Assembly: GCA_013239625.1 (NCBI GenBank)
Contig: MU054831.1
Location: 1,699,408-1,763,407 of the forward strand
DNA length: 64,000 nucleotides
Source of the DNA: Lama guanicoe
Lineage: Eukaryota
Direction: 5' to 3'
Shown here: positions 23,491 to 35,418 of the stretch, piece by piece
Position numbering within the stretch: the stretch's first letter is position 1
Layout of the letters: each line of letters opens with the position of its first letter
Notes under the pieces: generated by a model
The model's input: the letters and a program-made list of their open reading frames with translations, nothing else
Told to the model about the DNA's origin: nothing
Databases searched by the model: none
Made by a program: the position numbers and the translations under genes

Positions 23491-26380
23491 TCACTTATTC
23501 AGCCACTGGGAATTTTCACCACATAAGAGCTGGAATCTCCTCTGCAGGCCTCACCTTCGAGGGGCAAGTCCAATAGGGGACTGCACAAGTAAAGGCTACT
23601 TTTGAATTTGAAAATGTTCTGAGATCAGCGTTCTGAGATCTGGAGGGGGCAGTGGTGTGTGGGGGCCACCGTGTTGTGAAGGCACCTCAGGCCCCTTTCC
23701 CTGGGGTCAGGCAGAGGGGGTGTGTGGCCACACACACCCGCTTTGCCCTTCTCGCCTTTCAAGAGGAAGAGTGCTGCGTACGTGTATACCGGCAGGGAAG
23801 CAGCTTTTGAGGAAGGGTCTAGAACCTTCTTAGAGGGCAAGTTGAAGAAGGCCTGGCAAGTGACTTTGACTGACAGGTGGTACCTTATGTGTCTCAACTA
23901 TTAAGCATTTCTTCTTCTTTGTAAGTTAGATTGCCAAGCAGTTTTTAAACGAGTGCAGATGCTCCTGGTAGCCTTGCAGAAGATACAGGTTGGTGAGGGA
24001 CCTCTCCTGGGATCCCCACCCCGCCCCTAGGGGCTCACTCAGAATTAACGGAGCCCCCCTCCTGGCCCCTCCCCATCCCTCCTGGCCCCTTGGCCTGACG
24101 CTCTCTGGCTAGTCTGTTTTTCTTTCTTTTCCTTCCATCGTGGATGGTTTGAAGACATACGGTCTGGAGCCAGGGGTGAACGCGCACCGATCTCTCAGGA
24201 ACCCCACAGTCTCCAGGTGGCCTCAGCCCACGGCCGCTGGGTGTGGAGGTGGCCCCTGGGAGAGAAGCTGTCTGTTTTATTTGTTTCCTCCAGGCTGGGA
24301 GCGACTTCAGGCTGCCCTGGCCCCGGGTGGCCCCGCCCACGGACCCTGGGGTGGAGGGAGCCGAGGGCCAGGGCTCTGGGGCGGCCGGCTGCGGCTGCAG
24401 TGGCCTGCTAAGCGGCCCAGGCCCGCACTGGTGGTCCCAGCGGCACCCACAGAGCGGTCAGCACAGGCTAGTGGGCGTCCAGAAACAGCCCTGAAACAGG
24501 GGCTCTGCTTTGGAGTGTTCCATAAAACTTCATGAAGGGTATCATGAAAGTCGCCTTTGGGTGTGCCAGGGGGTCAGAGGCGGTTGCAGTCGAGCTGGAG
24601 AGGTCAGCGTGTGGGAGGCCTCAGGTGTGCCCCCTCCCGCTCTGCCCGCCACGGCCCCTGGGCCTTGGCCCCATGGCTGCTTGGGCCTGCTCTTCAGGTC
24701 AGCCTGGGGGACCTTATCCTCTGCCCACCTGCCCTCTGGGCACCGGCCGCTCACCCTGCGCCTTCGGGAGGCCTACGGAGCCAGGAAGTGGAGAGTGGGC
24801 TGTGCCTGCGGCCTGGGGAGCCCTCGGAGCCCAGGCGCGGGGCTCGCTGCTCCCCAGCCAGGCGGACGAGGTTCTGTGTGATTTCTTTCATCCCTCTGGC
24901 AGCAGACGTGCAGCCATGCCTGTGTCTGGAGAGGGGCAGCCCTGCAACACAGAGGGGGCTGTACCAACCCCTGCTTTTATTTGGGGGGCCCCAAACGGAG
25001 AAGAATGGCCAAGGCTGCCTGATGCAGTGCTGAGTCCCGGCTGTGTCCCAGGGGCTGTCTGCAGGGGCAGACAGAGGCAGACAGGGGCAGACAGGGGCCC
25101 CAGGAAGGCAGGGCTGCTGCCTCCGGGCTGCAGGAAGGGCGCCAGAGAGCTGACTGCTGAAGGTGTCCCCACGTGCCAGAGGGGTGCGTGTCGGGGCGTG
25201 TGTGCTGGGCTCCCGAAGGGTCAGGTTTCGGGTGTTCTGTGGGCTGGTGAAAGAAGTTGCAAGAGTGAAGATGGCCCCCAGCCTTGACCACTCACTCACG
25301 GGCCCACCTCTGAGGCTTGTGGTCAGGCCGGGGTGCCCTCTGCCCCTCCCTGGACTTGCTCCTCCGTCACCCCTGCAGCCGGAGCGTGTCCCGGGAGCAG
25401 GCATCTGTCTGCTCAGAGCCTCACCACCAGCTGAGGGGCCTTGTCTCTCCGTCGCGCCTGCATCAGTTTTGGGGAAGGCACCTATGGCGGGGTGGGGCAT
25501 TGCTCACCTTGTGGGGGGTCCATCAGGGCCTCCTGGATGGCACTGCAGATCAGACACCAGAACTGGGGGTACCTTCTCCCACCGCCAGCTGTGCTCGAGG
25601 CCTGGAGTCCAGTTACCCAGAGCCATGATCCCACAGCCCTGCACCAGGGAGGGAGGGAAGAGGAGGCGGGGAGCAGGGCAAACGTGGTCCACACGCCTGG
25701 TTTGATGCTGTCTCTTAAGAGATACTTCTCACTCTGTCTCCTCCTCCTCCGGGGCTGGCTCAGTGCTGTAGGCCAGGCCTCCCTCGTCTTCCTCGGACCA
25801 GCACAGCCACTGCCGCCTGGCCTGCTGTCTCTGGCCTTCTCTGCATGGCCACCGGCGTGATCTTCCCGTCACGAGTGGTTGGGTGGCTTCCTGTGCCAGG
25901 CCCTTCTGTGGCTCTCCCTACCTGTGGAGGAGTGCGCCCAGGGGCCCTCATGATTCCACGTGGTCCTCCGGCCCCCTGCTGCCGCCCCCACACTCCACGG
26001 GGCCCCGTCATCCCTGCACTGCGTGCCCTCTGAGCCTCGCACGTGCTCCTTTGTCTGCTTAGGGGGAGCTGGCCAGGCGCTGGGAGGTGGGACTGAGGAC
26101 CAGGGAGCTTGGGGCTGAGGTTGGAGCCAGTGTCCGAGGGCACCCGTGCCCACGACCCTGTGTGCCCTGCCCACGTGCACCCAGGCACAGCTGGCCGGTC
26201 CCAGGGTAGGTGGTCGCCGCCACCACCCACCTCTCCCTTCCTGTCCCCCTGGCCGGGCCGCCTGCTGCAGGGCCGGAGTCTGGCTGTTCTGTCTCTGCTG
26301 GAGCCCTGTGGGAGCCCGTGTGTACGCATGTGTGTGAGTGTTCAGGCCAGCAGTGCCTGCGGGAACTGGGCTGTTTCTCG

Positions 26381-26664
26381 GTGACTCAGCAGGCTTGAGC
26401 TCCTGCCATCCCTGTGTGCGCCCTGTGCTTGGACAATTATGAATCACTTGCTTGCTTCTTGATTTGCGTCAATCAAACCACATGTGAGGAAAGCAGCAGA
26501 GAGCAGCGGGGCTTTGCCGGGAGCCCGGCGTCCAGCGCGGGGACGCTGGCCAGGGACAGCCTCAGGAGGCCAGCCGGCCGCGTCCTGGTGGTCGGGGGTG
26601 GTCTGGGCTGCAGGCTGGGGCGGCTTCCGCCCAGCTCCTCCTCCCTTCCCCACCCCGGACCTCG
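26381..26664 (+). promoter_or_regulatory. Candidate intronic alternative promoter and non-coding first exon
   Basis: GTGACTCAGCA (ARE/MARE) at 26381, TTGCGTCA (C/EBP-ATF hybrid) at about 26464, E-box CACATG at about 26479, then a CpG-rich stretch ending in donor TCG|gtaagc at 26664/26665. Confidence 0.5.
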
Positions 26665-26879
26665 GTAAGCGGGGTGATGCCGGCTCCCCCTGCGCCTCGC
26701 TGGTTTCCTCCCTGCGATCCTGTGGCCAGAGGGACGGCGTCACAGTTACGGGAACGTGTACAGTTTCCGGGAGAGCCTCGGGTCTGTTCTGCTGCAGAAT
26801 CACTTTAGGACATGGCTCTTTGAAAAGATTTCTTGTAAGAAAGGCCTCACTTAAAAAGGCAGAAATACACACACACACA

Positions 26880-27002
26880 TACAAGATATAATATACATCA
26901 CACGGAGTACATACATTACATATGAAATACATTATAACTGAATCACTATGCTGCGCAAGGAAACGCAACAGTGTGAACCGTCTGCACATCGATCAAAAAA
27001 TG
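26880..27002 (+). mobile_element. L1 3' terminal fragment
   Basis: tataactgaatcactatgctg...aacagtgtgaaccgtctgcacatcgatcaaaaaa resembles a laurasiatherian L1 3' end. Confidence 0.7.
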
Positions 27003-27984
27003 AAAGTAACCAGAAAGGGCTGTCAGTGCTCCTGAGGTCCCGTCACACCCGAGGGAAGGGCAGTGACTTGGAGGGCAGGCCCGGAAGGCCCTGGGAGGCA
27101 GGAGGTCGCTTTAGTCCGGCCCAGGGACTCCGGACCCCGTGCTGCCGAGCGGCCCCTGGGCTGCGGTTTGCCGAGTCCCCGAGTAGCTGTGCTCCATGCC
27201 CACGAGGAAGCCCTGGGGGCCAGGGCTGGCTGGGGCGGGCGTCCTGACACCGGCAGTCTCCTTGCTTGCTTTGGTTAGTCTTGTTTGAAGTAGGCAGGTG
27301 AGGTTCTTCTTCTCGCTGTGAAGGTTGCTTCTGCATTCCTGTAGTTTACATCGAAGCTGACGGGCTGGTTACCTGGCTGATCCCAGCCGACTCGCATCTT
27401 TGGGAACGTTACTGCCCAGCGTCCCAGCTGGTGTCCCGGCCAAAGCTCTGCTGCTCTGTCCCTGCGTTTGTCTCGAAGGGACAGCTGAGCGGACCTCTTG
27501 CGATCTTTCCATTCACTTCTGCATGTGCCTTTCAGCTCCCGCCCGCGGCGCTGTGCTGGGCCTGGGGACCCTGGCCACCCTGGCCACCTGGCCAGCCCTG
27601 CCGTCCCTGCCCCTGCAGGAGCGCAGCACAGGAGACTGGAAAAGGCAGCTTGCTCTCAGAGGTAGGAGGGTTGGGTGCCCCCAGGGACCTGGAGAGAAGG
27701 CCCCCGGGCCGCCCACTCCGTCCTGGAAGAGGGGCATGCTCCAGGGCTGGCCACGGGGCTTTGCGGTGGGCAGGGTGGAGCCCGGGCTCAGCGCCTGGCA
27801 GTGCAGGCCTCCTCGCACGGGGAGACCGAGGCCTGAGCAGCAGATGGTGTCCCAGGCCTGCCAGTGAACTGTGACGAAAGGGTCAGACGTCTGGGGCGGA
27901 AAGACAAAGGACAGGGCTCTGGCCCCGCTACTAACAAGGACGGGGAGGGGCACGTTTCCTCTCCCCCGACGGCAGGTGGCAGCT

Positions 27985-28920
27985 CTGTGCGCTGAGTGCA
28001 CGCAGTTTCGGCGTATTCACAGGGTGGAGTGCCTCCAGCGCGGTAGGGGTTAGACCCTGCTGCCCGTAACCACCCCCTCGCCAGCCTTGGGCAGCCACCA
28101 GTCCGCTTTCTGTCTCTGCGGTGTGTGTTCCGGCCTTGCGTTTACACGGGACGAGACGGGGTTCGGTCTCCCGCGCTGGCTCCTCCACTCAGCACGTTCG
28201 AGGTTCCTCCGCGCGGCAGCCTGTGTCCACTCTTGGCCCTTCCTGTTGCTCCGCTGCGGACAGACCGCGCTTGGCTAGTCCACCTGTTGATGGACGTTGG
28301 TTGATCGCTGCTTTTCGGCCGTTAACGCCTCATTGTGAGCGTTCTTGCCTAGGTTTTTGGCAGGACATACGTTTTCGCCTGTCTTGGGTGTAAGTATGCC
28401 TAGCAGTGGAGTTTCTGGATCGCGTGGTAACTTGATGTTTAACCGTTTGGGGAGCCGTCAGACTGTCCCCCACCAGTGGCGCGCGAGGGCTCTGATGCCC
28501 CCCATCCTCTCCCACAGCGGCTGTTGTCCGACCTTCCGACCCTCCCCGCCCTGGTGGCTGTGAGGTGGTCTCTCAATGCAGTTTTGATTTGAGCTTCCCT
28601 GACGACTGAGGATGTCGGGTACTTTTTTACGGGCTTATTGGCCATTTCGTGTATCCTCTTTGGAGAAGCGTCTTCTTGGGCCCTTCACCCACTTCTAAAG
28701 TTGGGAGGTTTGCCTCTTTACTGGTGAGCTGTAGCGTTTCCCTGTGTTCTAGATACAGCTCTTTTGTCAGGTGCATGGCTTGCAAATACTCTGTCCCATC
28801 CTGTGAGCTGCCTTTTCCTTTTCTGGGTTGTGTCCGTAGAAGCACAACAGTTTTTAGTTTTGCTGAGGGCTGCTGAATTTGTCCTTCTGTTGCTTTTGTG
28901 TTTGTTGTCGCATCCGAGCT
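27985..28920 (-). mobile_element. L1MB-like ORF2 C-terminus and 3' UTR
   Basis: Minus frame MANKPVKKYPTSSVVREAQIKTALRDHLT resembles L1 ORF2 [29 protein letters not shown]. Confidence 0.9.
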
Positions 28921-29927
28921 CTTTGCGGAGGTCGCATCAGGTTGACGGTGACGGCGGGGCCCTCCTCTGGGGGGTCCTGACTGACTGTGTCCAACTTACA
29001 TGTCGAAAGGCTTCTCAGGCTCTTGCGAGAGGGGCGTTTTTCATCGCCTCGCTGGGTTCTGCAGCGTTCTAACCACGACTCCCTTTTCCCACAGTCGGTT
29101 TTAATTGAATGTCCGTGGGAAAATGTCCAAGCAAACTGCAGCTTTGCAGAGAGAACCGAGTTTCTTTGTTGGTTGGTTTCAGCCGTGGTTTTTCAGCGTT
29201 TCTGTGCGCAGTTTGTTGGAATCTGGCGTCACGCTGTGAATTTTCGCTGAGTGGTAGAGCTGGCCTTGCTGGACAGCCCAGCATTGGGGCGGTGCCTTCT
29301 CTCTCCAGACTGAAATCCCCAAACATTCTGAAGGGCCTGTGAGACGTTCAGATGTTCAGCTCCCCTCGCTGGTAGTTTAACCGTGGGGCACGGAGCACTC
29401 GGGACTCCATCGGACGTGGAGACAGGCGTCCTGGGAGGTGAGGCTGGGAGCAGGGGTGCAGACCTGGCCCCCCAGTCACTCCCTGTCACCAGCTCGGCCA
29501 CCCAGGCTTCCTGTCTGTGAGACGGGGTGACGGCTGCCTCTGCCTCAGAGTCAGGAAGCCTCCCCGTCCGTGGTGGCAGTGGTCCTTGTCAGCAGTCACC
29601 CCGAACGAGGGTTCGGTTGGTTCAGTCCAGTTGAGTGTTTGGGCCGCTCGGAAAGTGGCGACGTTTGAAACGGAGAGCCCAGCGTGTGAAACGTGGGTGA
29701 CTCGGAATAGGCATCGCCTCGCTGGCCGCCTGGGAACAGAGCACCGAACACCGGCTTCTTACTCGGTCGGGTCCTGACTCTCTCATTCCCTTCAGGTACA
29801 CTTTGATGAGAAGTGAAGAGCTGTGTGTCTTCGTCAGATAAACCCAGTCCTTTGATTCGAAGGGTTTTTTTTGAGCGATGTAACTGATTAGGGTGTGTTT
29901 AGTATATATATATATTTTTACTCATTT

Positions 29928-30043
29928 CTCTTTTTTTCCTGAAGCGTAGTTGATTTACAGCGTTAGTTTCAGGCACAGAGCGAAGCGGCTCAGTTATACG
30001 TACACAGAGCACATACGTTTTCTCTTCAGACTCTTTTCCGTCA
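29928..30043 (-). mobile_element. L1 3' terminal fragment
   Basis: tgaagcgtagttgatttacagcgttagtttcaggcacag...ctcagttatac...cagactcttttcc. Confidence 0.8.
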
Positions 30044-31389
30044 GTTGTATTAATCCAAATAGTCACCATTTTTTACAATGAGGAAAGGTCGCTTTGCATT
30101 TTCCTTGCCAAAAGCTAGCCTAGCAGCATGTGCCTTACTCTGTGTTGGGTTTTCCCGAGGTGTGAGCTACGGGCCGCTTAAGCGAGGCTGTGACGCCCGC
30201 AGGTGACGCCCGCAGCCATGGCCGTCTGTCGGCTGGCCGGCTCGCGCCTGCCCAGCGTTAGGGAGGTTCTTTCTCTCCCCAGGCTAAACTTCCCAAACAT
30301 TCTGAAGTGACTGTTCCAGTGACTTTAAAAAGGCAGGTTACTCCCCACTTGCCTGCATAATAAATTATAAAAATCTTGAGCATAAATGGAACTTGCTTGT
30401 TTGGTTCAATTCCCAGGAGACTTAAAAGCCGTATCGAGCCTACTTAAGGTGTACGCGTTTAGTTTCTCAGCCCCCAGATTCTTAGTTCTTGCTCTCGAGT
30501 CTCATCTTCAAGGGCCCTCCTCCTTTTCCGTAGCTCCACGCGTCGCTGTTTCCATGCAGCATCCCCTGGGTTTTGCACCTCGCCCCTTCCCGCCCAGGTG
30601 GCGCCCGCAGGAAGACAACCGCGCGGTCCCGGAGGCTGCAGGTCCGCCCCTTGGCTCGGTGAGCGCTACCCCCCGCCCCTTCCTGCTGCGTCAGCATCAG
30701 TGCGTGTCTGTTTTTATCATCCGTCAGTGCCCTGACACATGGACCCGGGACAGACAGCAAAGCATTGGCACCGCTGCTCTGCCGAGGCTGTGTGGCAGCC
30801 GACAGCACCGCCGCCGGGGCGCCTCATAGGAACAACCCGCTCTCTCGGAGCCCCCCGCCTGTGTGTTGTATCGGGACGCCATCGATGGGGAGAGAGCTTG
30901 TCTGAGGAGCGGGGGGCCTTGGCCAGTTCTGCCGAGCCTTCGTGACCTCACAGGACAGGAGCCAAGCCCGTCGCTGCTGGCTCGTCACCGCAGCCGGTGT
31001 GTGGACGGCGGCTTTCCCGCCTACGACGTGCTTGCCAGACCCGCAGCGTCTCGAGTTTGAGTGCCTCGAGTTGCCCTCATGGGCCAGCCTTTGGTCTAGG
31101 AAGTCGGCTCTGAGCACGTGGTGGGGTGGCAGGTGCAGCTGGGTGGCGACCCTCAGAGGGCACTGCAGCCCCTCCTGAGCTGGCGGCTCCTGCCTGGGGA
31201 TCTGGCTCGTGGGAGCGGCGCCTCCCGCAGCTGCCCCGCAGCCCCGGCGCACCTGGCGCCCCGCTGTCCTCCGTGTCGGCATGCTTTTTGGGTGTATGAG
31301 TGATGCGGGTGCATGGACGGCTTCCTTTGATCTCTCGCTGAGCTGAGCGCTGGTGTGCACGTCAGGAGTGTCTCCTGACCGACGTCCCC

Positions 31390-31430
31390 CAGCGGCAGTG
31401 GCAGCGGCAGTGGCAGCGGCAGCGGCAGCG
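31390..31430. repeat. (CAGYGG)n hexamer repeat, about 7 units
   Basis: cagcggcagtggcagcggcagtggcagcggcagcggcagcg. Confidence 0.9.
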
Positions 31431-32319
31431 CTTAGAGCAGAGCGGCCCTAAGCTCAGCCACCAAAGTAACTGGCCCCCTCAGCTTTCCTGGCAGCAGATC
31501 TGCACCTGCCTGCTGTTCCCTGGGGCTGCTGGGGCTGCTGGGGCTCGCCTGACCCCTTGGCCCCAAGCCCGTCGGGGTGCCCGCGCCCAGGGGTCCTCCG
31601 GTGGGCCTCTCTGCACGAGGCTGGATGCCCGTTTCCTCCCAGAACCTCTCGTTTTCCCTGCTCTGTCTCATCTGCCCCTGGTGGACAGTGGATGGAAAAG
31701 CAAAAAGAAGTCTGCTGTCACGCCCTGCTTCTCAGTTTCCTGAGAGATCTGGTTCCCTTTTTTCCACCCCAGCCTGGAGAGGGGCCTCACCTGTGACAGG
31801 AGATGGGGGTCGGCTGGCCACCCCATCACCCCCGGGACCCCTGCTTTCCCAGGCCCTCAGGTGCTTCTTGGTGAAGGGCGAGGGCCCGCCCCACCCCACC
31901 CTGCCCCCCAGGCTGTTCTGAGGTAAAGCCTGTGTGTTTGGGGGATGCTCGTAAGAGTAGGTGCGCCTGAAGCTTTGTGACTCCTCTTTGTGATGTCAGA
32001 CCTGGGGGGAGAAGCTCGCTCAGTTTCCTGGTGACTGTCTTCACTCTTGACGTGGGGCACATTGACTCCGCGTTGTCCACGTCACATTCTACCCCGAGAA
32101 ACTCTGAACCTCTCCGGTCTCTGTATCTCTCGGCCTGTCGGCAGGCCCCCTGCCCATCCCTGGAGGCTGCCTGCTCTCAGCGCCCCTTCGCCTTGAAAGA
32201 AGAGGAAATGAATGAGGAGTCAGATAAATTTTAAAAATGACAATCAAATAGATATTTCCTGATTATTTTGATAAACCTTTGATTTAATTTAGACAAGAGC
32301 TGGGGGAAAATGCTGGTTG

Positions 32320-32419
32320 ATGCGTGGAATTCAAGGAGAGCTTTGTAGTTTGATGTACAGGTTTTTGAAAATGTTTGATGATCTTTGTCTGTCTTTTAGG
32401 AAAGCACTTTTGTTCTTAG
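32320..32419 (+). CDS. Candidate alternative first coding exon of HDAC4 (MRGIQGELCSLMYRFLKMFDDLCLSFRKALLFL then D of exon 3)
   Basis: In-frame ATGs at 32320, 32353 and 32371, no stop, and donor TAG|gtgaga at 32419/32420 in phase 1. Lies in an AT-rich island with no recognisable repeat. Confidence 0.4.
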
Positions 32420-34920
32420 GTGAGATGACATTTGAAACACTCCATGTTTTGAGGAGTTATTCTCTAAATCCAGAAGCTAGAAACAATGGGTTAAACTTTG
32501 TGTTGAAAATCGACCAGCTGACCTAGAGTGGCTCTGGGTCCCTGGCTGAGGCTGGCGAGGACAGCGCGGGAGCCCTGTGCCCCAGGCTGGAGGCTTCGGG
32601 GAGGGGCTGCCGTCTGGCTGCTTCTCCGTGATCACATCTCCGTAGCCCCATACCAAACACATGGAGGCGGAGCGCTGCCTGTGCGCAGGCCCTTTCGTGT
32701 GAGAGCCCTTATGGTCCGCTTGGCCACGTACTCCCTCCGCACGCGCCTCCTGAGGAAGAGAGTGCTGCGGAGCTGTGGTGTGCCGTTTCCGGCTGTGGCT
32801 GATTTTTGAGTGCACAGCTCTCTATAGCTGCTGTCGTGTGCAGAGCCCTTCTGGGAACGTTCGTGGATGGTTGCTGCCTTCATGGCACCCTGAGGGGCTG
32901 GGAGTCCCTGCTGACCGCTGAGTCCTGGACCCCTGGGCCGTGCTGGGCTGGGGCGGGCCTGGTGCCCCGGTGCGGGCTGTCGGGCCCTGGTGCGTCTCAG
33001 GCTTGACAGCGTCCCTGTGGGGGTCAGCCCCGACCTAGAGGGGGTCTGGGTGTCCCCGCTGCAGCCAGTGGAAGTGGGGCAACTGCCCAAACGGGGACAA
33101 AGGCCGGAAGCAGGTGGCTGCCCCGGCGGCACCCCCTCGGCCCCCCGGGCTGTCCTCGCTGCACCGGAGGCGCCCGCGGAGCAGACGCTGGGCACTTTGT
33201 GGCTTTGAGGGCTCGGGGCAGGCAGTGGGTTCTCTTTGCTTTGAGAAGGCCTGTTCCTGAGCACGAGCCCTTGGTTCTCGGGAGGAGGATGTTTTTGAAA
33301 CCACACCTGTGGTCGGCCTCCGAGTAGATTCCTGATAAGAGAGTCCTGCCGTGTTTGCCGAGAAAACACAAGCTCAAGAGGGAAGCGCTGCACGTCGCCG
33401 TGAAGCCTCTGCAGCGTTCGTAGCAGCTGTGATTTCTTCTTCCCGAGAGGCGTGCTTGGGCGGGGGGGCCAGCTCCCCCTGTGGGGAGGGCCATTTGTCA
33501 CCTGGGGTCAGGTGGCTGTGTGCCGGGGCAGAGCTGACCGGGGACAGTGGCGTCCTTCCCTTGAGTGACCTCAGGAGGGGGGCCCAGGGCTCACTCCCGG
33601 CCGTTGGCTTCAGTGGGGCCTTGGTGGCCAGGCCCTCCTCTGTGGCCGGTGGCCCAGTGCCCTCTGACCTGCCGCGTGGCAGGAGAGGGCCTCTCTGAAC
33701 CTGGAAAGCTCTGAGGCAGTTTACAGCTTGGGGACAACAGGAAAGCAAATTGCTGTGCTCCAGACAGCGTGGGGGAGTCCCGATTGGTGTCACGCCCGTG
33801 GGGAGTAAGGAAAGGGGTCTGTGGCCACGCCCCTATCGAGGGGCCGGCCAGTGGGCGCTGACACCTGGGACCCGCAGTGCGGGCAGCCTCCAAAGGGACA
33901 CTGCCAGGCCTGGAAGCCGCGCCCCCCTTTTCTGAGGGGTGAATGGGGACAGGGTGCTCACGAAGGGACCCAAGGGTCCCACTGAGAAATCTGACTTACT
34001 CCTGCAGCGCCAGCGCCCTCTTGCTGCTCTGCGGGCTGCGGTCGGGGTGTGGGCACAGCGCCGTGTGTGAGCCCTGTTCTGGCTGAGCGGGGCTGGAAGG
34101 GCCTTCGTCCACCACGGATCACTGTCCTGGGGTCGGCCCTCTTGTCTGTGCCGTGCACCACATTCCTTCTTCCAGAATGAACCAGCGTATCTGCTGGGTG
34201 CCCTTCACGAGGAGCCTTGCTTTAAGCACATTTTTAACACACATTTGAAAACCAGCCCAACAAAACCCATTTCCTGCCCCCACCCTCTTTCAGCGCACTC
34301 GTAAGTGTAAGTTGAATCTGGAAATGCCTTTGCTTAATTTGCAAACCGAAGCCTAACTTGGCCTTCAGCAGTGCTCAGGGTCCTGGCTGAGCGCATGGAG
34401 GCGGTGGGGTCACTGCGCTGGGGAGCCCTGCTCTCTTTCTCGAGAGTTCGAGTGGGCATCTTGGTAAGCTCCTGGTGGGGGGGCAGGGGAGCCCTGAGAT
34501 GGTGGAAGCCTGGGCGGGACCTCAGGCCTGGCTGAGCTGGTGCCCGCCTCCCGCCCGCGAGCTCCCGTCTGAATTGGCGAAGTAGCCCCTCTTCGGTTGA
34601 CGCCAGCCATCCAAGGCCTGCCCTCTGACCGGCCGGCCCTGGTCGTCCTCCCCTCCTGGGCCCTGCTAGAACACACCCTCAGGCACTTCCTTGGGAGCTG
34701 CCTGTGTGGGGCCTCCCTTCCTCGGCTCCCATCCGCTGGCTCCCGTGTCCTCCGGCAGTGGCTGGTGCAGGCGCCCAGCAGTACCACCTGGTTGTCGGTG
34801 CCAAGAGCCACCCTGTCCAGGGAGTTCCCTGCCAGGCACTGAGCCCGGTGCTCCGCAGGGCAGGCATCACCCTGCTCGAGGGGTGAGCGGTGGGGCAGGC
34901 TGGGTGTTCTGCGCAGCGGG

Positions 34921-35418
34921 TGTCAGTGAAAAACACTGCCCGTCAGATCTGTACCCAAAGGACGCTGCAGCCTCAAGTCACCGGCTGCTCCCCCGCCCCG
35001 GCCGTGAGCGGAGGGGACTCAGGACGCTGACAAGCAGGCAGCCGGCCTCTGAAGCCAACCCCAGGGGTGCCCCCCAAGCAGATTCAGGATGTGGAAGAAC
35101 AGGACACTGGCCCTGGAGAGCTAGCGTGCAGACCAAGGGATGGCTTCAGTGAGCCCAGGCCTTTGCACCTTCCCAGACACGGGGAAGCGCTCGATTCCCT
35201 GACTTGAGGTGCCTGCTTTCTTTAATTAACAGTCATCTTCTGATGTTCCGACTACCTGGTCTTTGTGGCAAAACTCTTACATGTCTTGGCTCCTCCCCCA
35301 CCTCTTGGAAACAGTCTCTCAGGGCAATCGGAGAGGCCGCCTCCCGGGTTCACATCCTTAGAAAGTCCACTGAATAAAACATAACTCAACTTTTAGGCTG
35401 TGCATTTTTTCGTCGACA
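34921..35418 (+). mobile_element. Solo ERV1-class LTR, sense to HDAC4
   Basis: Termini TGTCAGTGAAAAA and TTTTTTCGTCGACA form an imperfect inverted repeat with TG...CA ends. AATAAA at 35373-35378. About 500 bp long. Confidence 0.75.

Noticed and set aside
34176-34300. Possible 125-nt exon (ttcttccag| ... CTC|gtaagt) with ATG at 34177
   Set aside because: The ATG frame stops at TGA 34246 and the length is not a multiple of three. Only motif-level support.
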